IMG/VR virus record: IMGVR_UViG_3300026078_000021 | Location: 51,539 to 115,538 of that record | Direction: 5' to 3' (one strand) | Length of the DNA: 64,000 nt | DNA from: a virus | Lineage: Duplodnaviria > Heunggongvirae > Uroviricota > Caudoviricetes | Shown: positions 55,675-64,000 of the stretch, piece by piece | How positions within the stretch are numbered: the stretch's first letter is position 1 | Layout: the number at the start of each line of letters is the position of its first letter | The notes under the pieces: generated by a model | What the model was told of the DNA's origin: nothing | The model's input: the letters and a program-made list of their open reading frames with translations, nothing else | Databases searched by the model: none | Position numbers and translations under genes: made by a program

Positions 55675-57168
55675 CTACAAACTGGACTCCTGCCGCATGT
55701 ACGCCCCGGCGCGGCGCAGCAGGTCGTCGAGCGCCGGAAGATCACTGGAACCGGTGTAGGTGACGCCGAACTCACTCTCACGCCGCCCGCAGAACCGGTC
55801 GAGGTAGTACCTCTCCCCGCCGAACTCCTCCAGCCGGCCCAGGATGCGCAGGAACGCCAGCACCTCCTTCGGGCGCGAGAGCACCGGAGCGGCGGCGATC
55901 ACCAGGGTAACCCCGCCGCGCGAGGCTGTCAGCGGCCCGAGCCGCGTGAGGGCCGGCAGTACCTTGGCTTGCGCCAGGCGCGCGCGCGTCTCATCGACGA
56001 CCAGATCGGTGGGCGCCCACTCCGCCAGCTCGTCGACCAGCTCCGGCTTCGCCCTCAGCTCATCGAACCCGATCAGTTCGTGGTGCGCGGTGCCGCCGCT
56101 GTACGGGGCGTGCGGTAGCGCTTTGGCGGCGATCGTGTAGTGGTGCAGTGACTCGGGTGCGCACAGCACCAGTACGCGCGGCGGGCAGGTGCGCGGGCGC
56201 AGTCGCACCGCCTCCATGGCCTCGGCCGCGCGCGGCACGCCGGGTGTGGCGCACAGCAGCACGCTGCGGTTGCGCAGGATGAACTCCACCGCCGCGTGCG
56301 CGGCGACGCTCAGCCCCGGGGCGAGCCCCGGCACGCTCGCGCTGGGGGTCGACGCGAGGGACTGGGTTTCGTTCCACGCCGCGAGCGAGGCCGCTTGCTG
56401 CGCCTCGTGCTCAAGGTCCGGGTGGAAGATCAGGCCCCAGCGCTGGGCGAACGCCGTGACGGCGGCCAGTTGCCCGGCGGGCACCAGCCAACTGTCGCGC
56501 GCGATCTTGTCGTAATGGCGCCCGGGGATCGCCTTGATCCCGTCCAGGGCGGCGCGGCTGAAGGGGAAACGCACGCGCAGGCTCGCGCCGGCGTCCGCAC
56601 TGGTGATGTCCGCGTCCCGTTCCAGCGCCGTGTCGGTGGTGCGCGCGGTGGTGGCGGTCAGGGCGAGCACGTCGGGGTGCGCCGTGATGCCGTGCCGGCG
56701 GCACACCTCGATCACCTCCACGGCGCTGGCGGTGGGGAACAGCGTCACCCCGTTGCGTTCTTTGAACGTCTTGAGGAACCGGTGGCCGGGGATGCGCTGC
56801 AACTGTGCGACCAGGCGCGGGTGGTAGGAGGGGGTGGAGATCAGGATGACGCGGCTGGTGCCCTCCCGTTCCAGGATGACCTCGCACTCGGCGGCGAAAC
56901 GCTGGTTGCGCTGCCACAGCGCCCGGTTGCGCTGGACGCGTTCGGCGGCGGCGGCCACGGTCTCGGCGTCCTCGGGTTCGGGCAGGTTGGTCGCGGGTGG
57001 CAGCAGCGCGCGGTGGTGGTCGGCGAGGAAGGCGGCCACCGCGCGGCAGTCCTCGTCCCACAGTTCCGCCGGCAGCTGGGCGAGGTATTCCACCAGGGGA
57101 CGTTCGCCCGCTGCCAGGTCGGCTGCGCGAGCGCCCAGGGCGCGCAGCGCGTCGCACAGCTGGTTCAC
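55675..57168 (-). CDS. SNF2/helicase-like protein (degenerate; lacks an obvious Walker A)
   Basis: 497 aa; 'LVVDE' (motif II-like) and 'TLVIAAAPV' (motif III-like). Confidence 0.35.
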   Translation of the reverse strand: MNQLCDALRALGARAADLAAGERPLVEYLAQLPAELWDEDCRAVAAFLADHHRALLPPATNLPEPEDAETVAAAAERVQRNRALWQRNQRFAAECEVILEREGTSRVILISTPSYHPRLVAQLQRIPGHRFLKTFKERNGVTLFPTASAVEVIEVCRRHGITAHPDVLALTATTARTTDTALERDADITSADAGASLRVRFPFSRAALDGIKAIPGRHYDKIARDSWLVPAGQLAAVTAFAQRWGLIFHPDLEHEAQQAASLAAWNETQSLASTPSASVPGLAPGLSVAAHAAVEFILRNRSVLLCATPGVPRAAEAMEAVRLRPRTCPPRVLVLCAPESLHHYTIAAKALPHAPYSGGTAHHELIGFDELRAKPELVDELAEWAPTDLVVDETRARLAQAKVLPALTRLGPLTASRGGVTLVIAAAPVLSRPKEVLAFLRILGRLEEFGGERYYLDRFCGRRESEFGVTYTGSSDLPALDDLLRRAGAYMRQESSL

Positions 57169-57443
57169 GGTTGGTTGACGGCGTTGCGCAGCACGGCGCT
57201 GGGGTGGAAGCGGGGGCGGCGGCGCGCGGTGACTTCCATGCTCTTGCCGGTGCGCGGGTTTTTCGCGGTGCGCGCAGGCACGTCCAGGGTGGAAAACACC
57301 CCGAAAGAGACCAGTTTGACCTCCTCGCCTGCCTTCAGCGCGGCGGTGATGGCCTCCACCAGGCCCTTGTACACGCGCGCGACCAGTTCCGGCTCAAGGT
57401 CCAGGGCGCCCGCGACATGTTGCGTGAGAGACGACTTATTCAT
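57165..57443 (-). CDS. HU/IHF-family histone-like DNA-binding protein
   Basis: 'VSFGVFSTLDVPARTAKNPRTGKSMEVTARRRPRFHPSAVLRNAV' is the HU beta-arm signature. Confidence 0.85.
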   Translation of the reverse strand: MNKSSLTQHVAGALDLEPELVARVYKGLVEAITAALKAGEEVKLVSFGVFSTLDVPARTAKNPRTGKSMEVTARRRPRFHPSAVLRNAVNQP

Positions 57444-57473
57444 GCCATGAGATGCTAATGACGGCTGTGTTGC

Positions 57474-57484
57474 ATGTCAAGCCT
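57474..57484 (-). promoter_or_regulatory. promoter motif AGGCTTGACAT (class 1 variant)
   Basis: tgcatgtcaagcctgccc; 30 nt upstream of the HU start. Confidence 0.45.
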
Positions 57485-57508
57485 GCCCAGGTTCCGTCAT
57501 CCACACCT

Positions 57509-58326
57509 TTACTCTCTCGCAGTGAAACGCAGCGACCAGGAATCCCCGCGCGTACGCGACCAGCGCACATACCGCGAGCCAACCTTCACCACCGCGTCCG
57601 CCTCCGGGCGCAAACCGTCGAGCACGCCACGCAAATGCTCCTCCCGTTCGCGCAGTTTCTTCATGTCTTGACGTACTTCGAACAGTTCCTGCGCCGCGTC
57701 GGCGGCGTCCTGCCCCTCCGCCAGCAGCACCGAACGCGGATCACGCGCCGGCACGTGCCCGCGCCAGCACACCCCGCCGTCCGCCCCGCCGAACGGGCAG
57801 CCCCGGCACCACGCCGAATCCGGCGCATAGTCACGCGGCAGCATCGACAGCGGAGTGTCGCGCACTTGGGTGAGCCAGTCCACCGCGTCGCGCACGTCGC
57901 TGGCCGCGAACGGCCAGCCCACGCTGTACTCCGCGCCGCTATCACGCACCAGGTAGTCGATGCGCAGCCTTTTGACCGCCGTGCCCTGAAGCAGCAGCGC
58001 CGCGCCGTAGAGGGAGACCTGCCAGCGCTGCTGCTGCGACGGCCCGTGCACCTTCACGTGCTCGCACCAGTGCGCGGAGGTGGTCTTCACATCCACCACC
58101 GTGCACGTGTCCGACTCGTAGCGGTCCAGGTGCCCGAGCAGCCCGGCGAAACGCACCTCCCGCTCGATCAGGTCTCCCTCGCCGGCGACCAGGCGCATCC
58201 CGGCCGCGACCGCCTCGTGGATCGCGGTGCCCATCACCGCCGTCACGGAGCCGACCCGGTTGACCGGCTCGGTCCCGGCGAGTTTGTATCCGGCGCGCCG
58301 CCGGCAGCCGCCCACCTCGCTCATGC
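57509..58326 (-). CDS. PD-(D/E)xK exonuclease (RecE/YqaJ/Cas4-like) with a C-terminal Cys cluster
   Basis: 'TAIHEA', 'VVDVKTTS' (D-x-K) and 'CRGCPFGGADGGVCWRG'. Met 58326; lies immediately downstream of RecT. Confidence 0.55.
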
Positions 58327-58398
58327 CCAGCTCCCGCTGCCGGGAGCGGGCGCGCTGCTGGTCGGCCAGCAGCAGAAGCTCGCTGGTCGTGGGCACCT

Positions 58399-59100
58399 CT
58401 ACTCCCAGACCGCGTCGGCGCTGTCCTCGTGCGCCTTCTCCAGGCCCTCGTCGGCGAGCGTGGCGGCGATGGACTGCACCTGCGCGAGGATCTCTTCGGG
58501 TTTGGCCTCGATCGGCGCGGTGACCTGTTCGGCGGTGAGCACGGCGGGGGCCTCGTCCTCGAACTCGTCGCCCTCGGCGTAGAAACCCATGGCCACCTCG
58601 GGGCACAGGAACCGGGCGGCGTTGCTCACGGCGCGCGCCAGCAGCATGCGTTTGGGGTGGGAGACCCACACGTCTTTGCCGGTGAGTTTGGCTTTGCGGG
58701 CCTCTTCGATGCTGAAAGACTCGCGGTGGCTCTCGCCGCTGTCCCCGCGCGTGAGTTCCACGGTGCAGCTGGATTCGGTGTGCTCCAGCACTCTGGCGCG
58801 GTGTCCGGCGCGGCGCAGCAGTGCCAGCCAGGTCTGCGCGGCCAGGGTGGGGCGCCCGTTGACGATGTAGATGCCCTGGATGGCCTGCATGGGGGCCAGG
58901 CCGACTTCCTGGCCGTACAGGATGATCGCCAGGGCGTCGGAGGGTTTGCCACGCAGGGAGGCCGGCAGTACGGAGGCCATCGCGAGGGCCTGGCTCAGGC
59001 GGAACGCCTCGTCCAGGCCGCGTAGCGGCACGCCCACGTTGACGGGCGTGCGGGCCTGCGCGGGAGCGCGCACGGCAACGTCGGTGGTCGGTGTGGTCAT
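58399..59100 (-). CDS. recT: RecT-family single-strand annealing protein
   Basis: 'LPASLRGKPSDALAIILYGQEVGLAPMQAIQGIYIVNGRPTLAAQTWLALLRRAG' is RecT-core-like. Confidence 0.7.
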   Translation of the reverse strand: MTTPTTDVAVRAPAQARTPVNVGVPLRGLDEAFRLSQALAMASVLPASLRGKPSDALAIILYGQEVGLAPMQAIQGIYIVNGRPTLAAQTWLALLRRAGHRARVLEHTESSCTVELTRGDSGESHRESFSIEEARKAKLTGKDVWVSHPKRMLLARAVSNAARFLCPEVAMGFYAEGDEFEDEAPAVLTAEQVTAPIEAKPEEILAQVQSIAATLADEGLEKAHEDSADAVWE

Positions 59101-59199
59101 GCATTGATGGTTTCACCGACCACCGACATATATAAGGTGGCTTACATTGGTGTTATCGTGTGGCTGCCTGCTTCGGTGCCGGGTTGAGCACCGCCGACA

Positions 59200-60084
59200 T
59201 CAGGCCGCCAGGCCGAACATCACCCGGTGCATCCGCTCCCACTGCTGCGCCGGCACGTCCGCGAGAGTGCGCGCGGTCACGCCAGCCGCCTGCGTGTAGC
59301 CCTCCAGCAGCATGCGCAACACCTCCACGCCCCGCATGCCGAGCGCGCCCGTGCTACCGCCCACCAGCGGTGCGATCACGTCGAACGCGACGGCGAAGTT
59401 GCCGGCGAGGTAGTGCTCCATCGCGTCGGCGAGAGTGCGAAGCAGCTGGCTCCAGGGCTGGCTGGCGGTGCTCGCCGCCTCGTGGCGCACCTGTGCGATC
59501 CACGCGCCGGTGGGGTAGTGGGTGAAGGCAGCCATGGCCTGCGGCAGCTCCTCCAGGAGGGTGCCGGCCGCGCCGCCCCCGGCCCGCGCCTTCAGGGCGT
59601 GGGCGCCGGTGCGCAGCCATACCGCCGCGCGCGTCTGGAAATCCAGCCCGTCGCGCGCCTGGTTCAGGTGCGGCGCGAGCGCGAGCAGCTCCTGGCGCTG
59701 CTGGTCCTCCGACATGTCGTTGAGGTAGATCGCCAGGGAGCGCACCGAGGGGTCGATGTGCGGGGCCTTATCGGTCCAGGACGCCCCGTCGTGCAGGAAC
59801 GAGGTGACCTCCACCAGGCAGCCGCCCTGCGTCGGGACGCGGCCGGGCCCGGGGCGCAGGCGCGGGCGGAACTGCTCGCCCGTGCCTGCTCCGAGCATGT
59901 GCGCCGGCATGTACCCGGCACCGTACACCGCCTTGGGTACGGAGGTGGAGGAGCCGACGGAGACGGCGCCGAAGTAGTAGGCGGGCTGGGGTGGCGAAAC
60001 CTGGAAGGTCAGGTTTCCCGCGTACAGGACGTCGTTCGTGCTGAGGGCGTTGAGGTTGAAGTAGGCGGGGACAGGCGAGGGCAT
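59200..60084 (-). CDS. hypothetical protein
   Basis: RBS GAAGGGA before ATG 60084 (MPSPVPAYFNLNALSTND...). Confidence 0.5.
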   Translation of the reverse strand: MPSPVPAYFNLNALSTNDVLYAGNLTFQVSPPQPAYYFGAVSVGSSTSVPKAVYGAGYMPAHMLGAGTGEQFRPRLRPGPGRVPTQGGCLVEVTSFLHDGASWTDKAPHIDPSVRSLAIYLNDMSEDQQRQELLALAPHLNQARDGLDFQTRAAVWLRTGAHALKARAGGGAAGTLLEELPQAMAAFTHYPTGAWIAQVRHEAASTASQPWSQLLRTLADAMEHYLAGNFAVAFDVIAPLVGGSTGALGMRGVEVLRMLLEGYTQAAGVTARTLADVPAQQWERMHRVMFGLAA

Positions 60085-60193
60085 GGTTATCCCTTCAGCG
60101 AGGGGTGTCAATGCATGAGTAGTGCACGATAACACGGAAGACTTCACCTGGCGAAACACACGTATATACGCGCCTTGCATACGCATGCGGCGG

Positions 60194-60265
60194 TACCTCC
60201 GACGGGACTCGAACCCGTTCCTCCACGTTGAAAGGGTGGTGACCTACCCATAGTGCGACGGAGGC
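60194..60265 (-). tRNA. tRNA-Glu(TTC)
   Basis: Loop CTTTCAA; acceptor GCCTCCG/CGGAGGT; C-C mismatch at 31:39. Confidence 0.7.
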
Positions 60266-60277
60266 ATGCGGGATGCG

Positions 60278-60351
60278 TGGCGCCAGCGGGGCTCGAACCC
60301 GTCACTACCGACTTGAGAGACCGGCGGTCTGCCGACTTAACCTATGGCGCC
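60278..60351 (-). tRNA. tRNA-Glu(CTC)
   Basis: Anticodon arm CCGGT-CTCTCAA-GTCGG; perfect acceptor GGCGCCA/TGGCGCC. Confidence 0.7.
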
Positions 60352-60352
60352 G

Positions 60353-60425
60353 TGCCCCCTGCCGGTCTCGAACCGGCGACCCGCGCATTAAGAGTGCGCT
60401 GCTCTACCCGCTGAGCTAAAGGGGC
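60353..60425 (-). tRNA. tRNA-Lys(CTT)
   Basis: Anticodon arm GCGCA-CTCTTAA-TGCGC. Confidence 0.8.
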
Positions 60426-60435
60426 GTACCACGGG

Positions 60436-60507
60436 TGGGACCGGTGGGACTCGAACCCACAACCTACGGATTAAAAGTCCGCTACTCTGCCATTGAGTTA
60501 CGATCCC
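60436..60507 (-). tRNA. tRNA-Lys(TTT)
   Basis: Anticodon arm GCGGA-CTTTTAA-TCCGT. Confidence 0.8.
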
Positions 60508-60560
60508 GCGATCAGGCTACTGCACCGGCTCTGCCGACGCCGCCGTTTTGTCCTTTGCCG

Positions 60561-60633
60561 TGGCCCCGGACGGAGTCGAACCGCCGACCTCTCCCTTTTC
60601 AGGGGAACGCTCTACCGGCTGAGCTACAAGGCC
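60561..60633 (-). tRNA. tRNA-Phe(GAA)
   Basis: Anticodon arm TTCCC-CTGAAAA-GGGAG; D-arm GCTCAGCCGGTAGAGC. Confidence 0.8.
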
Positions 60634-60636
60634 ATC

Positions 60637-60660
60637 GCGTCGCACCGGCCGGTGCGACGC
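60637..60660. terminator. perfect 24-bp palindrome GCGTCGCACCGG/CCGGTGCGACGC (hairpin; possible terminator)
   Basis: Perfect inverted repeat with no flanking T-run, so function is uncertain. Confidence 0.3.
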
Positions 60661-60884
60661 GGTACTCAGATAGACGAGTTGAACAGGGCCTCATCGGGTT
60701 TGGGCCGCGTGTCGCCCGCGAGGTCACCCAGCGTGGCCCTGCTCACATCCGGCACCCGGGAAGACAAGTTCGTGTCCATGCCGAATCACCAGCCTCTCTC
60801 TTACCTCGCGCAGCGGATGGTCGGTGAGGGCAGAGGCCTGCCCCCTGCCCGAACGATAGCATTCGTCGTATCGCACCGCGCGTG

Positions 60885-60957
60885 CACGCCCACGAGGATT
60901 CGAACCTCGAACCGCCCGGGTTGGAGCCGGGTGCTCTGCCAGTTGAGCTATAGGCGC
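60885..60957 (-). tRNA. tRNA-Trp(CCA)
   Basis: Anticodon arm CCCGG-CTCCAAC-CCGGG; G73. Confidence 0.8.
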
Positions 60958-60996
60958 CCGCCTGTCCACCGCGCCGACGCTCGACACGGTGCCTGT

Positions 60997-61069
60997 CGCT
61001 CTCCCGGCAGGACTCGAACCTGCGACCCTCGCATTAACAGTGCGGTGCTCTGCCCACTGAGCTACGGAA
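60997..61069 (-). tRNA. tRNA-Asn(GTT)
   Basis: U1-A72; loop CTGTTAA; G73. Confidence 0.75.
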
Positions 61070-61125
61070 GACCGGCGCCAGGCGCATGGGGTGCCTGGCG
61101 TGGCGGGGCACGCGCGGCACCTGCG

Positions 61126-61198
61126 TCGTCCCGGACGGTCTCGAACCGCCCACCTCCGGCGTGTCGTGCCGGCGCTCTCCCGACTGAGCTACGGGACG
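61126..61198 (-). tRNA. tRNA-Val(GAC); anticodon loop ACGACAC has C at position 33
   Basis: Perfect acceptor CGTCCCG/CGGGACG; anticodon stem CCGGC/GCCGG. Confidence 0.65.
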
Positions 61199-61210
61199 TG
61201 CATCGCGTGG

Positions 61211-61284
61211 TCGGCCCGGCAGGGTTTGAACCTGCGACCTCCCCGGTGTGGGCGGGGCGCTCTCCCGAACTGAGCTACAAGCCG
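61211..61284 (-). tRNA. tRNA-Val(CAC); anticodon loop CCCACAC has C at position 33
   Basis: Anticodon stem CCCCG/CGGGG; T-loop TTCAAAC. Confidence 0.65.
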
Positions 61285-61294
61285 TCGTTATGCG

Positions 61295-61368
61295 TTGGCC
61301 TCCCGGGATTTGAACCCGGAACCTCCCGGTTATCAGCCGGGTGCTCCGACCGCTTGAGCTAGAGACCA
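61295..61368 (-). tRNA. tRNA-Ile(GAT)
   Basis: Anticodon arm CCCGG-CTGATAA-CCGGG. Confidence 0.8.
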
Positions 61369-61417
61369 TCAACCAGATGACGAGCACCATGGTAACCGAC
61401 GTACACGAGTGTATCGA

Positions 61418-61466
61418 GGGGAAGGCGCGGCGCAGGATGCGGACCGCCGCGCCTTCCGTTTCTCAT
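61418..61466 (+). terminator. 13-bp GC-rich inverted repeat followed by GTTTCT (rho-independent terminator-like)
   Basis: GGAAGGCGCGGCG caggatgcggac CGCCGCGCCTTCC gtttctc. Confidence 0.3.
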
Positions 61467-61530
61467 CCCATCCGAACCAGGCGAGAGCGCGCCCGGCGCA
61501 CGCGGGTTACCAGCCCGCGCGGTTCCTGCG

Positions 61531-61602
61531 CCGGGATTCGAACCCGGACGCGACGCTTCGGGGGCGCCTGCTCTATCCGTTGAGCTACGCAGGAGGAGAA
61601 CA
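61531..61602 (-). tRNA. tRNA-Arg(CCG); anticodon loop CCCCGAA has C at position 33
   Basis: Perfect acceptor TCCTGCG/CGCAGGA; anticodon stem GGCGC/GCGTC. Confidence 0.65.
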
Positions 61603-61648
61603 AGGTGCAGCCGGGCCGCAAGCGGCGACACCACAGGAAGGAGGCTGG

Positions 61649-61721
61649 GCCCGGCGCCGTGCCTCCAACCGGATTCGAACCGGTGACCCGCGCATTATAA
61701 CGGCGCCGCTCTACCTGCTGA
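61649..61721 (-). tRNA. tRNA with anticodon TAT (Ile, AUA); 4-bp anticodon stem with a C-U mismatch
   Basis: Anticodon arm GCGCC-GTTATAA-TGCGC; acceptor GCCTCTA/TGGAGGC. Confidence 0.5.
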
Positions 61722-61723
61722 GC

Positions 61724-61760
61724 TATAGAGGCTCGTTCTGCTGCCCCTCGTCCCGTGCGG
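61724..61760. terminator. 12-bp perfect inverted repeat TTCTGCTGCCCC...GGGGCAGCAGAA (hairpin)
   Basis: Stem-loop between two tRNA genes; no T-run. Confidence 0.25.
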
Positions 61761-61838
61761 GGCAGCAGAACTGGGCGGCACGACGGCGCGCAAGGGCAGC
61801 GCCCGCGCACCGAACACGCCGGTCCCGAGCCCCTGGCA

Positions 61839-61910
61839 GGAATCGAACCTGCACGTGCGGCTCCGTAAACCGCTGCTCTGTCCGTTGAGCTACAAGGGCG
61901 TAATACAGGG
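61839..61910 (-). tRNA. tRNA-Arg(ACG)
   Basis: Anticodon arm GCGGT-TTACGGA-GCCGC; U73. Confidence 0.8.
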
Positions 61911-62024
61911 TGCCGTCCGCCCGCGCCGGCTGTGGGGGAGGGCGCAGTGCGGGCGGACGGCGGATTCAGCCATCGTCACTCGCCGAACCCTTGGCCTTCA
62001 CACTATGGACGCCGCTTCACTCTG

Positions 62025-62465
62025 TCAAGCCTTTGTGGGTTTCGGTTCCTGTTGGCGGTGCACCAGCAGCAGTACCCAGTGCGCCTGGAACTCCCGGCCG
62101 AAGCCGTGCTCGTTCAGGCACGCGCAGAAATCCCCGCCGCATGCGCGGTGCAGCGCGTCGGCCAGCGCCGTGTATGTGGAGCCCCAGGCGTGGGCGACCT
62201 GCCCGAGCACGCACCGGCGCGGGTCGCCCTGGTCCAAGAGCCCGAGCTGCACCAGCCACGGCCACGACGCGTCACGCGCCCCAAGCCACGCCTCGCCGGC
62301 GCGCACCTGCGGGGCCACCTCCAGCGCCGACGCGGTGGACCAGGGCGGCGCGACCAGACCGTTAGGCTCCGGCAGCGGCCAGGCGGTGTGTCCACTCCTC
62401 GCGCAGTCGCGCGAAGTACTCCCGCTCCTGTACTGCCGAGCACTGGCGCGGCGCAGTGAAACCAT
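62025..62465 (-). CDS. hypothetical protein (paralog of 62362..62775; start uncertain)
   Basis: Shared 'RCVLGQ(V/I)A' core. Confidence 0.35.
   Translation of the reverse strand: MVSLRRASARQYRSGSTSRDCARSGHTAWPLPEPNGLVAPPWSTASALEVAPQVRAGEAWLGARDASWPWLVQLGLLDQGDPRRCVLGQVAHAWGSTYTALADALHRACGGDFCACLNEHGFGREFQAHWVLLLVHRQQEPKPTKA
62032..62042 (-). promoter_or_regulatory. promoter motif AGGCTTGACAG (class 1 variant)
   Basis: cactctgtcaagcctttgtg; lies upstream (on the minus strand) of the tRNA array. Confidence 0.4.
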
Positions 62466-62775
62466 GGCTCACCTCGAACTCGTCGTCATCCCAACTGGCG
62501 CTCACGCCGATACTGCCGAGCATGTTGATCGCGGCGTTCTCGCCCGCGAAGCCCTTGGACAAGGCGATCTGGCCGAGCACGCAGCGCTCGTTGTCGTCCA
62601 TGGCCAGGGTGGTGGGGTCGACGGTGGTGCGCCAGTTCGGGTCGAGAGTCGGCAGCCACGTCTCACCTTCCTTGACCCGGGCGGGAATGTTGGCGAGTGC
62701 GTCTTGGAACGCGGCGGTGTCCAGCATGGCGAGGGCTCCTCGTTGACACGGTGGAGGACGGGGGAACCCGGTCAT
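62362..62775 (-). CDS. hypothetical protein (paralog)
   Basis: 137 aa. Confidence 0.4.
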   Translation of the reverse strand: MTGFPRPPPCQRGALAMLDTAAFQDALANIPARVKEGETWLPTLDPNWRTTVDPTTLAMDDNERCVLGQIALSKGFAGENAAINMLGSIGVSASWDDDEFEVSHGFTAPRQCSAVQEREYFARLREEWTHRLAAAGA

Positions 62776-63116
62776 CCTAGCGTGCCGTACCCGACCCGCT
62801 GCACATAAAGGTATGGATATCCGCTGCGGGCACGCGTCAAGCGCACGGTGAACAGGTTCATCCCCATGACCGTCTCGGCGTAGGCGCTGATCGCGTCCAT
62901 CGCCGCCTCCTCACGCGCCGCCTGATCGAGGTTTTCGCCCGCGAGCAGGAACGGCAGCCAGTGCGAGACCAGCACGGTCAGCGGGCTGTGGGTGGCCTCG
63001 ACCAGGAAACCGGGGCCGGAGACGAGCATCGTCTCCCCGTAGCACACCGGCTCATGGCCCGCGCCGACCAGCGCGTTGCGCACCTGCGCGACGGTGACGG
63101 CGAGTTCCTCACGCAT
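62772..63116 (-). CDS. hypothetical protein
   Basis: 114 aa. Confidence 0.4.
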   Translation of the reverse strand: MREELAVTVAQVRNALVGAGHEPVCYGETMLVSGPGFLVEATHSPLTVLVSHWLPFLLAGENLDQAAREEAAMDAISAYAETVMGMNLFTVRLTRARSGYPYLYVQRVGYGTLG

Positions 63117-63176
63117 CGGGCGCTCCCCGCTCCCGTTTCCACTGCCGGTAGGCGGCCACCAAACAGTTCACCGCTC

Positions 63177-63914
63177 TCACGCGTCCGGGATGAGGTTCGC
63201 GGTTTCCTGGTACATGCCGGAGCAGTTGGAGGTCCCGAACTTGTGTTTGCCGATGCTGTTATCCGAGCGCATCTTCTCGAAGTTCCCACAGTAGGAGCAC
63301 ACTCCCATCGGGATGCGCCGGGGGTGCTGGCGGCGCTGCGCCGCGTAGGAGGGCACCGGCGTCTCGCGGTGCTCGCTCACCTCGAAGGGACGCTGCGGTT
63401 TGGCGCCGGCGCCGGGCCGCTTGCCGGGTTTGGCAGCCGCCGGGGCGGCGGCGGGCACGGGTACCGTCGCCGGTGGCGAGGCTGGGGCGGCGGCCACCGC
63501 CACCAGGGCGCGTTCGGCGCGGGGGCGGCGCGGCCTGGGGTGCTGGCGCGAGGGCGGCGCGGGCGCGTGGGTCTGGCGCGAGGGCGGCGCGAGGCGCACG
63601 GGCGGCAGCGGGCCGTCCGGCAGCGGCACGGGCGCGGGGGCCACGGGCGGCAGCGGCACGAAGAACTCGCCGAACTCGTTGACGAGCGCTGTCAAGTCCT
63701 TGACGGTGCGTCCCACCATGAGGTTGCGCACCCGGCCGCACGTGCAGGTGAGGTGCGCGGCGGCGCGTGCGGCGAACGCGTCTGCGTGGCTGAATTCGAC
63801 GGCAGTGCTCAGCCCGTGGTCTATGCCGCATTCGCGCAAATGTTCAACCCGGTTTTGGTCGGAGGTGATGCCGGTGACGGCGAGCCAGTTGCGGGTGACG
63901 TCACCGGTGATCAT
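63177..63914 (-). CDS. hypothetical protein with a Pro-rich linker and a C-terminal Cys cluster
   Basis: 245 aa; C-terminal 'CSYCGNFEKMRSDNSIGKHKFGTSNCSG'. Confidence 0.45.
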   Translation of the reverse strand: MITGDVTRNWLAVTGITSDQNRVEHLRECGIDHGLSTAVEFSHADAFAARAAAHLTCTCGRVRNLMVGRTVKDLTALVNEFGEFFVPLPPVAPAPVPLPDGPLPPVRLAPPSRQTHAPAPPSRQHPRPRRPRAERALVAVAAAPASPPATVPVPAAAPAAAKPGKRPGAGAKPQRPFEVSEHRETPVPSYAAQRRQHPRRIPMGVCSYCGNFEKMRSDNSIGKHKFGTSNCSGMYQETANLIPDA

Positions 63915-64000
63915 GGGGGGCCTCCTGGGACGTGGGGGCGGGGTGCTGGAGGTGTCGAGCGACGAATCGGTGTATCACGGAATGGTTTTCGTTCGGTCTC

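Overview
This window is a high-GC (~70%), gene-dense region that reads almost entirely on the minus strand and looks like a large temperate actinobacteriophage or integrative element. Genes are packed tightly with frequent ATGA/GTGA stop-start overlaps. It carries about 30 tRNA genes in three minus-strand arrays (1.6-2.9 kb, 5.0-6.0 kb, 60.2-61.9 kb). It also carries a tyrosine integrase, RecT plus a PD-(D/E)xK exonuclease, RusA, HU, Lsr2, a C5-cytosine methyltransferase, an HNH endonuclease, many small HTH/RHH regulators, a macro-domain protein, an RNB-family exoribonuclease with C-terminal dsRBD-like repeats, and a TROVE/vWA Ro60 (Rsr) orthologue. Five tRNA-like modules lie next to the Ro60 gene. 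In each, the T-arm and D-arm flank an acceptor stem that is closed by a short loop, which is the architecture expected of bacterial or phage Y RNAs. Three class-I-shaped tRNAs carry Leu anticodons (GAG, CAG, CAA). Two conserved intergenic motif families look like promoters. A lower-GC region holds seven copies of a 16-bp palindrome. An ~85-bp AT-rich palindromic repeat brackets an 8.5-kb module next to the integrase. All calls come from reading the sequence and ORF translations by eye, so coordinates of RNA genes and start codons are approximate (about +-3 nt).
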